Origin: an uncultured Candidatus Sumerlaeota bacterium | Lineage (GTDB): Bacteria; CAYMEV01 | Length of the DNA: 64,000 bases | Reading direction: 5' to 3' | Assembly (NCBI GenBank): GCA_964389675.1 | Contig: CAYMEV010000009.1 | Span: 62,001-126,000, forward strand | Part shown: piece by piece, positions 1 to 9,361 of the stretch | Layout: each line of letters opens with the position of its first letter | How positions within the stretch are numbered: the stretch's first letter is position 1 | Made by a program: the position numbers and the translations under genes | The notes under the pieces: model-generated | The model's database searches: none | The model's input: only the letters and a program-made list of their open reading frames with translations | What the model was told of the DNA's origin: nothing

Positions 1-2682
1 AAGCTTTCCCTCCTGCAATTGTCCCTTAAAAAGCATTATGAATGCATCTTCATAATACAGGTCAAAAAGCAGCTCTGAATTATTGTCCATATTTTCCAGA
101 AGCAGCTTTCCCCTGCTTATATAGTATTGGGCATCATTATAGTTGTAAGCCTTTTTAAGGTCGCTGACTATCTCAAGGATCATCTGTACAGATTCCCTGA
201 TATGCAGTGATTTTTCCAGATGCTTGGATGCAAGGATCTTAAGCCTGAGAGGATTGTACATCCTTTTTGAATCCTCAGCCATATTCATGATATATTTGCT
301 TGCAAGATGGTGAAGCCTGATCTTATCCTCCTCAAGAAGCCCGAAATAAATTATATCCTTATAAAGCATATTCTTGAATATGTATATGTCAGGCGGCTGA
401 TAGAGATAAATAAATCCATATGTCGTCAGAATCTCAATAATATGGAATATGAAATCCTGGCTAAAATATTCTCCCAGTACATAATCAAGGAAATTAAGAG
501 GGAACCTTCCCCCGTAAACAGATGCAACCTGCAGAATCTTAAGCTGTGTGGGGTCAAGCTTCAGTATCCTGCTTTCTATTATAGCCTTTACATTGTTTGA
601 TATAAGGAGGGATGGGTTTTTCAGAATATCCGGTACTGAGATCCCTTTTTTCAGGTCTTCAATCACAAGGGCGACTATTTCAGTTGTAAAAAGGTGGTTT
701 CCCTGGGTTATCTGAAAGACCTTCTTGTTCAGGCTGTTAATATCGCCGGTACTGACAGCAAATTCAGAGAGTTTGTTCTTTATGTAATTTTTGATATCCT
801 TCTGTTTTAGCGGGCTGAAGCTGATCTCATAAACACGGCCTGAATTCTTAAAGCTGTAAAGAGAAGTTTTAAGATCCTCTGCAATGGTTTTAAAGCTGAG
901 CATAAACATCAGGGGGATACCCTGTAGGACGATATCTCTGATAACTTCAAAGGATTTGTGATTGATGAACTCAATATCCTCAAATATAATGCATATAGGT
1001 CTTTTATATGACAGATAACGGATATATTTTATGATAAAGTCCCTGAATATGGATGTGATATCCTTGGGTTTTTCACTGTGATAACCGAAGATATATGTCA
1101 ATGTATCAAATAGCTCCTGTGAATATAGCCTTATTGATGAAAGATACTTCTTCAGGTTCTGGATCTGTAAATCATTTTCAGGGTTTGTATCCACACTAAG
1201 AAGGGCTTTAAGGGGATCAAGCCAGACATAGAAGGGAATATCCTGCGTGAATGAGGAGCAGGTGTTGATCAGGCAGAGATACCCATTCTTCTGCAATATA
1301 CGTTTTGCATAAAGAATATAAGGCGTCTTTCCGCTTCCTGTACCACCATGCACTGTTACAATATCTGCTTTTTCACCGGTCCTTGAGCTGCTGAGCTGGC
1401 TGATGAATGAAAGTTCAGCCTCCCTGTCAATAAGCTCCATGCTTATTTCTTCGAAAGGCTTTTTGGACAGAAGCTCGTAGAGCTTCTCATCCTTTATGGT
1501 ATCCAAGCCGCGATAATTGAAAAGGTCTTTTGAAAGGTTATATATGGACGAATCAACCAGTATTGATGCCTTCTTAAGAGATGAATAGTGAATTGCTCTA
1601 GATATGCTGTCCAGAGCTATTGACCAGTCAAGCCTGCCCTCCGTGGTCAGCGGTATTCTCTGCATATTGATACCTAATTCAAAATTATCATCAATAACTG
1701 CAAGTACACTTCTTAAATACAGGGCACAGTCAAGGCCCCTCGAAATAATGTCCGCATACACATCAGCAGATCCGATGTTTATAATGTACACATCATCCCT
1801 GAACTGCTCCATATCGGCTTTATACTGCTCCAGCCCGCTTTCAAATACAGCTCTTGCAGCTGAAGTCTTAAGGAAAATTGTAACAATTGTCCTCCATTGA
1901 ACTACAAGATGCGGGCTTTCCCTGGGGGCTATAAGGTTCTTAATATCAGGCTGGCTTGCTTTTATCAAAAAAAGGAGCATGTCATCATTAAGATCGGAGC
2001 TTGATAAATACCGGTTGAGATCCTCAATAATCCTGTTAAGGATAAAATCGCTCTCCCTGTGCTTGTACTTTTTGATAATTTCCTGAACTCTGGATTCGCC
2101 GTACCTGTCTCCCTCATTTCCTTTTGCTTCTGACAATCCATCCGTGTAGATCATAACAATATCATCTTTCCTTAGCTCCAGCCTCTGAGTCCTGTATGTT
2201 GAATCCTTAAAAACCCCAAGGACTATCCTGTTTCCCTCATTTGATAAGGAATACAGGTCATTGCTCCTGCTCTTCAGATATGCATTCGGTATCCCTGCAG
2301 TCGAATACTCTATAATATGCTTCCTTGTATTCAGCTTATAGAAGCCTGCAGCGACAAAATTACCCCTGGGCAGTATATCATATATTTCCCGGTTTACACA
2401 TGAAAGGATCTCACCCGGGTCATAGACAGTTTTTGCCAGTTTTGAAACAATGGATTTAAAAAATGCGGCAATTATGGCTGAATTTATCCCTTTACCGCTT
2501 ACATCGCCAATCAAAATACCTATGTTCTCATCTCCAAGTTCATAGACACCATAGAAATCTCCGCTGACTTTATCCTCAGGAAACAGGTAGAAGCTTATGT
2601 CAAATGAATTGAATCTGATAAGCTGGTTGAAATACAGATCCCTCTGAAGCCTTTTTCTTTGTAAATGCATTTCCAGGTCCAT
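1..2682 (-). CDS. SpoIIE/PP2C phosphatase + degenerate class III cyclase-like domain + STAND (AAA_16-like) NTPase, probable TPRs; 3' end runs off the window
   Basis: Hand translation from ATG 2682 (MDLEMHLQRKRLQ). PP2C motifs VSGDFY, IGDVSGKG, IYTDGLSEA, LNDDM. Then LIDREAEL, Walker A GGTGSGKT, Walker B IIFEDIE, GNHLF, LQVASVYGGRF. No stop seen in the stretches translated; not in ORF track, consistent with no stop inside the window. Confidence 0.85.
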   Translation of the reverse strand, partial: MDLEMHLQRKRLQRDLYFNQLIRFNSFDISFYLFPEDKVSGDFYGVYELGDENIGILIGDVSGKGINSAIIAAFFKSIVSKLAKTVYDPGEILSCVNREIYDILPRGNFVAAGFYKLNTRKHIIEYSTAGIPNAYLKSRSNDLYSLSNEGNRIVLGVFKDSTYRTQRLELRKDDIVMIYTDGLSEAKGNEGDRYGESRVQEIIKKYKHRESDFILNRIIEDLNRYLSSSDLNDDMLLFLIKASQPDIKNLIAPRESPHLVVQWRTIVTIFLKTSAARAVFESGLEQYKADMEQFRDDVYIINIGSADVYADIISRGLDCALYLRSVLAVIDDNFELGINMQRIPLTTEGRLDWSIALDSISRAIHYSSLKKASILVDSSIYNLSKDLFNYRGLDTIKDEKLYELLSKKPFEEISMELIDREAELSFISQLSSSRTGEKADIVTVHGGTGSGKTPYILYAKRILQKNGYLCLINTCSSFTQDIPFYVWLDPLKALLSVDTNPENDLQIQNLKKYLSSIRLYSQELFDTLTYIFGYHSEKPKDITSIFRDFIIKYIRYLSYKRPICIIFEDIEFINHKSFEVIRDIVLQGIPLMFMLSFKTIAEDLKTSLYSFKNSGRVYEISFSPLKQKDIKNYIKNKLSEFAVSTGDINSLNKKVFQITQGNHLFTTEIVALVIEDLKKGISVPDILKNPSLLISNNVKAIIESRILKLDPTQLKILQVASVYGGRFPLNFLDYVLGEYFSQDFIFHIIEILTTYGFIYLYQPPDIYIFKNMLYKDIIYFGLLEEDKIRLHHLASKYIMNMAEDSKRMYNPLRLKILASKHLEKSLHIRESVQMILEIVSDLKKAYNYNDAQYYISRGKLLLENMDNNSELLFDLYYEDAFIMLFKGQLQEGKL

Positions 2683-2872
2683 CTGTCAACTTCCAGTCCT
2701 TTTAATTTGTTTAAGCAAATCAGGTTAATATACAGCTGATTCTATACTATAACAATATAAAATAAAAAATAATGTTTAAAATTTCAGTCAATAAAGCTTG
2801 ATTTATAACCTTTGAGATATTTATAATTAAAAGAGATACATAAACAATAAAAACATGGAAGGAGGTTCTTAA

Positions 2873-3337
2873 ATGCTTAAGAAGGTTTTGCTTTGCTGGG
2901 CCCTTATCCTTCTGGTCGCTTCAGCCTGCTTTTTTGGGCAGGATGAAATGACTTACTACGAAGAGCATTATAAGGCACATCTTGAAAAGGTCAGTGAAAA
3001 AATCAGACAGGAGATAATCTCTCATCTTCAGTCAAAAATAAAAGATTTCAGCATTAATGAAGAATTGTCAGAAAAACTAAAATCATATGTCGCTGCCTGC
3101 TCTTCATATGAAGATATTAACGCCTTTGCTTTTACAAAAGATAATGGAGTAAATTATTCCAAGATCTGGGCTATAAAGGGAAAGGTATTTTCTCAAAAAG
3201 ATATATCAGAGAAGCTTGATAAATACAGTACACTGTTCCAGAACCTGAATTCCCTGAAGGATATACAGCTTATGCTGTCAATGACAGGAGAGCTCGAAAA
3301 GGGTTTTATCTTCGTTCTTGTCTTTTATACCCCATAA
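2873..3337 (+). CDS. hypothetical exported protein
   Basis: 154 aa, N-terminal signal-peptide-like stretch, strong RBS AAGGAGG upstream; no recognisable motif. Confidence 0.7.
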   Translation: MLKKVLLCWALILLVASACFFGQDEMTYYEEHYKAHLEKVSEKIRQEIISHLQSKIKDFSINEELSEKLKSYVAACSSYEDINAFAFTKDNGVNYSKIWAIKGKVFSQKDISEKLDKYSTLFQNLNSLKDIQLMLSMTGELEKGFIFVLVFYTP

Positions 3338-3363
3338 AAAAAGTGGGGACTATGTCCCCACTT
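3336..3363 (-). terminator. intrinsic terminator downstream of tRNA-Pro (possibly bidirectional)
   Basis: AAGTGGGGAC-tat-GTCCCCACTT 10-bp stem (3341-3363), followed on the minus strand by a T-run; lies between convergent units. Confidence 0.8.
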
Positions 3364-3375
3364 CATATTTATAAG

Positions 3376-3449
3376 TCGGGGCGACTGGATTCGAACCAGC
3401 GACCCCTGGCACCCCATACCAGTACGCTACCAAACTGCGCTACGCCCCG
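3376..3449 (-). tRNA. tRNA-Pro (GGG), CCA not encoded
   Basis: Reverse complement CGGGGCGTAGCGCAGTTTGGTAGCGTACTGGTATGGGGTGCCAGGGGTCGCTGGTTCGAATCCAGTCGCCCCGA folds as a cloverleaf; anticodon loop AT-GGG-GT. Confidence 0.95.
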
Positions 3450-3451
3450 CC

Positions 3452-3766
3452 TTAATCAAGATCATCCAATATATTATACAAATCCTTTTTTATTTCAAGC
3501 AAAATATTATTCCTTTTGTCAATCTTTTCCTCCTGATTTTCCAGCTCCTTCCTGGCTCCGTCAATTGTCATCTTCTGCTCATAAAGAAGATTATGTATTC
3601 TTTTAACCAGTTCTATGTCCCTTCTGGTGTAATATCTTCTTTTCCTGACCTTTTTTGGCCTCAGCACCTTAAACTGCGTTTCCCAGTAGCGCAGGACAGA
3701 TGCAGCTATAGACATCAATTCAGCAACTTCACCAATTGTAAAATACTCTTTTTTCTCCCCTAACAT
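3452..3766 (-). CDS. MerR-family HTH transcriptional regulator (short type usually found next to tRNA-Pro)
   Basis: YFTIGEVAELMSIAASVLRYWETQF..RRYY..DIELVKRIHNLLYEQKMTIDGAR. Confidence 0.9.
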   Translation of the reverse strand: MLGEKKEYFTIGEVAELMSIAASVLRYWETQFKVLRPKKVRKRRYYTRRDIELVKRIHNLLYEQKMTIDGARKELENQEEKIDKRNNILLEIKKDLYNILDDLD

Positions 3767-3781
3767 ATTTCCTGCCAGATA

Positions 3782-3876
3782 TGGCGGAGGCGGGAGAGAA
3801 TCGAACTCACAACAACAGGTCCCCTATTGTCAATGGATTTGAAGTCCACGAGGTACACCAGCACCCTGCCGCCTCC
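3782..3876 (-). tRNA. selC: tRNA-Sec (UCA)
   Basis: 95 nt: 8-bp acceptor GGAGGCGG/CCGCCTCC, 6-bp D stem GGGTGC/GTACCT with TGGT loop, anticodon loop CT-TCA-AA, long variable arm GACAATAGG/CCTGTTGTT, TTCGATT T-loop, GCCA end. Confidence 0.93.
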
Positions 3877-3884
3877 TTTAAAAA

Positions 3885-4427
3885 TTATATTAGATACTTT
3901 TTTGCAAACATCAAGGCACAAATGACCAGGCTATGATTGATTTCACCATTCTCAATCATTTCATAAGCTTTATCAGCATCCACCAGTATGGTCTCAATAT
4001 CTTCATTTTCATCAAATTCCGGCTCCCTTTCATATCTGACCCCCCTTGCAAGAAAAGTGGAACACCTGTTTGACTGTATTGCAGGGTTGGGATCAACCGT
4101 CCCAATATGAAGCCATTCACCACCACAATAGCCGGTCTCTTCAAGCAGCTCTCTCCTGGCAGAGGATAATGCGTCCCTGTCCTGATGATCAATTGCCCCC
4201 CCAGGAATTTCAAGGTGGAATGCCCTTGAACCGAACCTGTACTGCCTGATCAGTAATAATTTATTATCAGCTGTGGTAGCCACAATGTTTATCCAGTCTG
4301 GAAGATCAATAATATAGAAAGATGCTTCATGGCCATCAGCTCCATTATTATAGGAATCCTGAAATATCTCCAGAAAGCATCTCTGAAAAATGCTTTTCCT
4401 CTTTAGGAACCTCCAGTCATAACGCAT
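3885..4427 (-). CDS. NUDIX hydrolase (ADP-ribose pyrophosphatase-like)
   Basis: Nudix box EIPGGAID..ARRELLEETGY; start moved to ATG 4427, directly after the asnS stop (track start 4472 overlaps asnS). Confidence 0.9.
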   Translation of the reverse strand: MRYDWRFLKRKSIFQRCFLEIFQDSYNNGADGHEASFYIIDLPDWINIVATTADNKLLLIRQYRFGSRAFHLEIPGGAIDHQDRDALSSARRELLEETGYCGGEWLHIGTVDPNPAIQSNRCSTFLARGVRYEREPEFDENEDIETILVDADKAYEMIENGEINHSLVICALMFAKKYLI

Positions 4428-4428
4428 C

Positions 4429-5811
4429 TCAGAACTCCAGCAACCCGGGCACCCTCGGGAAAGGTATGACATCTCTTATATTTGCCATTCCTGTAAGGAA
4501 CTGCAGCATCCTCTCAAAGCCCAGGCCGAATCCTGAATGGGGGACAGAGCCGAATCTTCTTAAGTCCATGTACCACCAGTAATCATCCTCCTTAAGGCCC
4601 TTTTCCCTGATTCTTCTCAAAAGCACATCATATCTTTCTTCTCTCTGGCTTCCACCGATAATCTCACCAATCCTGGGAACCAGAATATCCATTGCAGCAA
4701 CAGTTCTTTCATCAGCATTAAGCCTCATATAAAAGGCCTTTATCTCTTCAGGATAATCATAGACAATTACAGGTTTCTTAAACACCGTTTCAGTAAGATA
4801 TTTTTCATGTTCTGACTGCAGGTCGCATCCCCACTCAACCTTGAACTCAAAGTTCTTATTGTTTTTTTCAAGTATTTCCACAGCCTTGGTATAAGTAATT
4901 CTCTCAAAGCTGTTATCGGTTATGACCCTCAGCTTCTTTTCAAGGTCCTTTTCAATGAACCTGCTGAAGAATTCATATTCTTCTGCGCATTCATTCATTG
5001 TTTTATTTATAATTGACTTCAGAAAATCCTCTGCAAGGTCCATATCATCAAAAATATCAAAAAAAGCCATTTCAGGCTCAATCATCCAGAACTCCGAGAG
5101 ATGCCTTGCTGTATTGCTGTTCTCTGCCCTGAAAGTCGGGGCAAATGTGTATACCTTTCCCAGGCCGAGCGCCAGGACTTCTGCCTCCAGCTGGCCGCTG
5201 ACAGTGAGATGGGCCTTTTTCCCAAAGAAATCCCTGGAATAATCAATGTTTTTATTTTCTTTTGGCAGGGAATCAAGGTCAAGCGTGGTTACCTGGAACA
5301 TCTCTCCTCCGCCTTCACAATCACTTCCTGACAGTATCGGGGGATGAATATAATAAAAATTATTTTCCCAGAAATAGGTATGAATAGCCTTTGCCAGAGA
5401 GCTTCTCAGCCTGTTTATGCACCCAAATGTATTAGTTCTTACCCTCAGATGGGCAATTTTCCTTAGAAATTCCCAGGAGTGCCTTTTCTTCTGCAGGGGA
5501 TAGTCATTGGGGTCAGCAGTACCATAGATCATGAGCTCCTCAGGATAAACCTCATGCCTCTGCCCCTTTGCAGGGGAAGGTATGACCCTTCCTTTTATCA
5601 TCAGGCTTGAGCCTGTTGTAATCTCCATAAATTTATCATACAGAGGATGATTTTTATCTGCAACGACCTGTATATTGCTGATTGATGAACCGTCATTTAC
5701 CTCAACAAAGACAATATCTTTAGACTGCCTCAGAGTCCTGACCCATCCCCTGATTTCCACATTGTAATCTGATTTTTCATCATTTAAGATGCTTTTAATA
5801 TCCTTATACAT
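4429..5811 (-). CDS. asnS: asparagine--tRNA ligase
   Basis: OB-fold IRGWVRT, LTVSGQL, PTFRAENSNTARHLSEFWMIEPE, EIIGGSQRE, GFGLGFER, DVIPFPR. Confidence 0.97.
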   Translation of the reverse strand: MYKDIKSILNDEKSDYNVEIRGWVRTLRQSKDIVFVEVNDGSSISNIQVVADKNHPLYDKFMEITTGSSLMIKGRVIPSPAKGQRHEVYPEELMIYGTADPNDYPLQKKRHSWEFLRKIAHLRVRTNTFGCINRLRSSLAKAIHTYFWENNFYYIHPPILSGSDCEGGGEMFQVTTLDLDSLPKENKNIDYSRDFFGKKAHLTVSGQLEAEVLALGLGKVYTFAPTFRAENSNTARHLSEFWMIEPEMAFFDIFDDMDLAEDFLKSIINKTMNECAEEYEFFSRFIEKDLEKKLRVITDNSFERITYTKAVEILEKNNKNFEFKVEWGCDLQSEHEKYLTETVFKKPVIVYDYPEEIKAFYMRLNADERTVAAMDILVPRIGEIIGGSQREERYDVLLRRIREKGLKEDDYWWYMDLRRFGSVPHSGFGLGFERMLQFLTGMANIRDVIPFPRVPGLLEF

Positions 5812-5821
5812 AGAAAATCTC

Positions 5822-7426
5822 CTAAAAATATCTTATCTGGCCGAAATATTTATTCATAAGCCCAAGCGGAGGACATCCCAGGGATAATAGCCTATTGTGA
5901 AAATCCTTGAGATCCTTTTTTCCCCCTGTTTTTTCCCTGAGCTCCAGAATCATCCATTTTCCGTATGTGTACAGCATGTATCCCGGGTCAAAGGTAGCCC
6001 TCAATGCTTCCTGCAAAGCAGATTCCTCATCAAGATAGCAGAGCTCTGAGAACATGGACTTCGATTCCTCAAGGCTCATCGTTCCTGTATGTATTCTTAT
6101 TGAAGATATAAGCCTGACCAGCCTGACCATCTGCTCTCTTATCTTTGCAACTTCACCACCCGTGTCCCCCTTCCTAAAACCTTCCTCAAGCATCATCTCC
6201 TCGCAGTAGTGCGCCCAGCCCTCAGAAAACCCGTATCCATAGCTAATTTTGCTGACATCATTATCTATCCGCCTGCCGTAAACACTGTGAAGGAAATGTC
6301 CGGGCAATGCCTCATGTATTGCAAGATTTTCCAGCAGATAAGGGTTAAAGTTCCTCAGGAACTCCTCTTTCTTGTTTTTATCCCATGATTTATTTGGTAA
6401 GGTTACATAAAAGTGTGAATCCAGCTTATCCTTTATAAAAGGCCCGGGAGTGGACATCATTGCAGATGCCCATTCAAAATATGGGGGCATTTTCTCAACC
6501 TTCAATGTTTCAAGGTCATACAGGTCAACTATATCCTTTTCCCTGATAAATCCTGATATTTTACCAAGGATCTCTTCAATACACCTGAGGACATCCTCCT
6601 CTTCAGGATATTCTCCTAGGAAATACCTGTAGGTATCATTCAGAGGCATTTCAGGCTTGATCTCTCTTAAGCGTTTTTTCAGAGCATTAACCTCTTTTTC
6701 CCCTCTTTCAAGAAGAAGCTTTAGGTCCTCATCTTTAAGCTCATAGAAATAGACCAGCTTCTTTAGCCTTTCTGCACCAATACTGTATGGATTATTGTTG
6801 TTTATTCTGAGGTCTTTTACAAGCCTTACCATGTCACTGATTATGGACAGGCTCGGTTTTACTGAATTTTGAAGCCTGTTTTTAATATTTTCATCACTGA
6901 CTCTTTCTGCCAGAAGAGCCAGGTCAGAACTTACAGAATTAGCAAACCCGCTAAGGCTGGCCTGAAAAACTTCGAGTGCAGGGCTTGAAGCCATAGTCAG
7001 GTTGTTTTCCATGTATTTAAGCACATCATTGTAGGTACTTAGCCTGTTTAATATGCACTCTGCAATAAAATCAGGCGTTTTATTGCTTAGTTTCAGGAAA
7101 ATACTGTAATCAAGGTAATGAAAATAGAAGAAAGGATTGCTCTCATATTCCCTTTCAATAACAATCTCAAAAAAATCCTTATTGAGTTTCCACTCGATCA
7201 GGTCAGCATCATACTGGTCATTTATATTCTTCAGGCTGTATTTGTGTTTTTGAAGCTCATTTATAGACCTTTCAATAAGAAGCCTGTTCTGGTTCACCCT
7301 GCTTTCTGAAAGCTCTTCCGGGACAGGATAATATTCTTCCAGGCCCAAAAAGGAAGCTAAATAAGGGTTAAGTTCAAAATAATTATGCATGAGAGCATCT
7401 TTAAAGCTCTTGAAATTCCAGTTCAT
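5822..7426 (-). CDS. DUF885-family putative zinc metallopeptidase
   Basis: HEALPGHFLH, FSEGWAHYCE, YTYGKWMILELRE, LKDFHNRLLSLG. Confidence 0.85.
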   Translation of the reverse strand: MNWNFKSFKDALMHNYFELNPYLASFLGLEEYYPVPEELSESRVNQNRLLIERSINELQKHKYSLKNINDQYDADLIEWKLNKDFFEIVIEREYESNPFFYFHYLDYSIFLKLSNKTPDFIAECILNRLSTYNDVLKYMENNLTMASSPALEVFQASLSGFANSVSSDLALLAERVSDENIKNRLQNSVKPSLSIISDMVRLVKDLRINNNNPYSIGAERLKKLVYFYELKDEDLKLLLERGEKEVNALKKRLREIKPEMPLNDTYRYFLGEYPEEEDVLRCIEEILGKISGFIREKDIVDLYDLETLKVEKMPPYFEWASAMMSTPGPFIKDKLDSHFYVTLPNKSWDKNKKEEFLRNFNPYLLENLAIHEALPGHFLHSVYGRRIDNDVSKISYGYGFSEGWAHYCEEMMLEEGFRKGDTGGEVAKIREQMVRLVRLISSIRIHTGTMSLEESKSMFSELCYLDEESALQEALRATFDPGYMLYTYGKWMILELREKTGGKKDLKDFHNRLLSLGCPPLGLMNKYFGQIRYF

Positions 7427-7445
7427 ATAAAATCTCCTTATAGTC

Positions 7446-8612
7446 TTATACTTTTAGTTCTTCCAGAATATCTTTCAAACATTCACAGACATAAATAACA
7501 TCTTCATCCTTAAGAAGAGGAAAAATAGGCAGGGATATTGAAGATCTGTAGAATTTCATGCTGTTTGGGAAATCATCTTCCTTAAAATGATATAAATCCC
7601 TGTAAAAAGGGTGTATATGCAGGGGTTTGAAATGAACTGAGCCTGCAACACCCTTTTCATAAAGCCTGCAGAGTATTTTATCTCGAATAAAAGGGTTGTT
7701 GCTGGATCTGATAAAGATCTGGAATAGATGATAGCTTGTCCTTCTGTTGCTGTCAATATCAGGAATATGCACAGCAGGTATGCCTTTAAGGATTTCAGTG
7801 TAAAGCCTGTAAATCCGTTCTCTTTTTTCATAATTCGCTTTTAGTTTGTTCAGCTGCACTATCCCTATTGCTGCCTGAAGATCTGTCATATTATATTTAT
7901 AACCCAGACAGACAACATCATAGTCCCAGGGCTTTTCTGAACTTAACCTTGCCTGTCCAAAGCTGTCCATCCCATGGTGGATAAGCCTGTCTATGGATAC
8001 CTTCTGAGATTTATCCTGGAATACAAGCATTCCCCCGTCTGATGTGGTTATATTTTTTGTTGCATGGAATGAATAGCATGCAAAATCACCATAATCTCCT
8101 AATGGTTTCCCGCAGAATCTTGACTCAATGGAATGGGAGCAGTCCTGAATAAGCTTCAGCCTATTGGAACTTGCATATTCAGATAATTTATCAAGCTCGC
8201 ATGGAATTCCGCCAATATTTACGCATATTAATGCAGAAAGGCCACCATCAGCTTCTATCGTCTCAAGCTCTTTTATGCCTATATTTGGATTATCCCCTGA
8301 ACTGTCGACAAAGACTGGTTCTGCCCCTGAGTATAATATTGCATTTGCAGAAGCTGCAAAGGTATAAACAGGCACTATTGCCCTCCTGCCTCTTTTAAGG
8401 CCCGATAAGAGACAGCTGACATGCAGGGCAGCAGTGCAGGAGGATACTGCCCTGGCATTCCTGCCACCTGAATAATTCAGGAAAAGCCTTTCAAACTCAT
8501 CAACCCTTTTACCTTCTGAAAGCCAGCTTTCAGAATCCGGCATTCTCAGCGAATCCAGCTCTTTCCCATCAACTGAAGGCACATGAAAAGGTATTTTTTT
8601 ATTCTTATTCAT
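7446..8612 (-). CDS. DegT/DnrJ/EryC1/StrS PLP-dependent sugar aminotransferase
   Basis: SSCTAALH, QDCSHS, YSFHATKNITTSDGGM, GYKYNMTDLQAAIG, SLPIFP. Confidence 0.92.
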   Translation of the reverse strand: MNKNKKIPFHVPSVDGKELDSLRMPDSESWLSEGKRVDEFERLFLNYSGGRNARAVSSCTAALHVSCLLSGLKRGRRAIVPVYTFAASANAILYSGAEPVFVDSSGDNPNIGIKELETIEADGGLSALICVNIGGIPCELDKLSEYASSNRLKLIQDCSHSIESRFCGKPLGDYGDFACYSFHATKNITTSDGGMLVFQDKSQKVSIDRLIHHGMDSFGQARLSSEKPWDYDVVCLGYKYNMTDLQAAIGIVQLNKLKANYEKRERIYRLYTEILKGIPAVHIPDIDSNRRTSYHLFQIFIRSSNNPFIRDKILCRLYEKGVAGSVHFKPLHIHPFYRDLYHFKEDDFPNSMKFYRSSISLPIFPLLKDEDVIYVCECLKDILEELKV

Positions 8613-8645
8613 TTATCTTCACCCTAATTTTCCGGAGCTGGATAG

Positions 8646-9068
8646 TTAATCAATATCCCTGCCGGTACTCGACATGTTAATAGATACGTGCTTTATTCCC
8701 TTTGTAGCTTTCAGATTATTTGCAAGAAGCTGAGCCTGTGGAGGGTTGCCCCTTATAAGTATAACCTCAAAACAGTTATCATGATCCAGATGTATATGCT
8801 GGGATGATATGATAAGCTCATGGAACTGGTGCTGAATATTGGTAATTTTATTCAGGAGGTCCCTTTTATGGTGATTATATACGATTGATATTGCACCCAC
8901 TACTGATATGTTCTCTTGTTCAGTCCACTCATGTTTTACAAGTTCCTGCCTTACAAGATCCCTTATAGCCTCAGACCTGTTTGTATAGCCCTGCTTTCTC
9001 AACAGGTTTTCAAACCTTTCAAGAAGACTTTCCTCAACGGAAATACTGAATCTTACAAGCTCTGCCAC
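8646..9068 (-). CDS. nikR: nickel-responsive regulator NikR
   Basis: RFSISV ribbon, YTNRSEAIRDLVR, YNHH, HIHLDHDNCFEV. Confidence 0.95.
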   Translation of the reverse strand: MAELVRFSISVEESLLERFENLLRKQGYTNRSEAIRDLVRQELVKHEWTEQENISVVGAISIVYNHHKRDLLNKITNIQHQFHELIISSQHIHLDHDNCFEVILIRGNPPQAQLLANNLKATKGIKHVSINMSSTGRDID

Positions 9069-9242
9069 TCCATAAACTCCCTGATATCAGGCTTTATAAC
9101 AAGCCAGTTAATATTTACATCCTGCTAAACGGAAATCATAGATAACAAATACTATTCTTAAAATACCACGCTATTGTCAATATTTATTTTTACAGGAAAT
9201 AATACAGCAAGGGTCATTTTTCAATTAAATATCAAAAAATCC

Positions 9243-9271
9243 TTTACTTATGCTTATTTTTATGGTATATT
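9243..9271 (+). promoter_or_regulatory. candidate sigma70 promoter for the slt-nudix genes
   Basis: TTTACT-N17-TATATT with TG extended -10, in the divergent nikR/slt intergenic region. Confidence 0.4.
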
Positions 9272-9361
9272 ATAAAAATAATTAAAGATTTTTGTTGACT
9301 ATAATTTTTACATTGCTATTTTATCTTAATTTCCGAAGCCTAGGATAGGGAGGTGTTTTTT

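Noticed and set aside
307-1900. Plus-strand ORFs 307..600 and 1604..1900
   Set aside because: Antisense to the long minus-strand PP2C-STAND gene; no motifs
3343-3606. 87-aa plus-strand ORF
   Set aside because: Antisense shadow of tRNA-Pro, its terminator and merR
9069-9352. NikR operator upstream of nikR
   Set aside because: No convincing inverted repeat with NikR-like half-sites and spacing was found by eye
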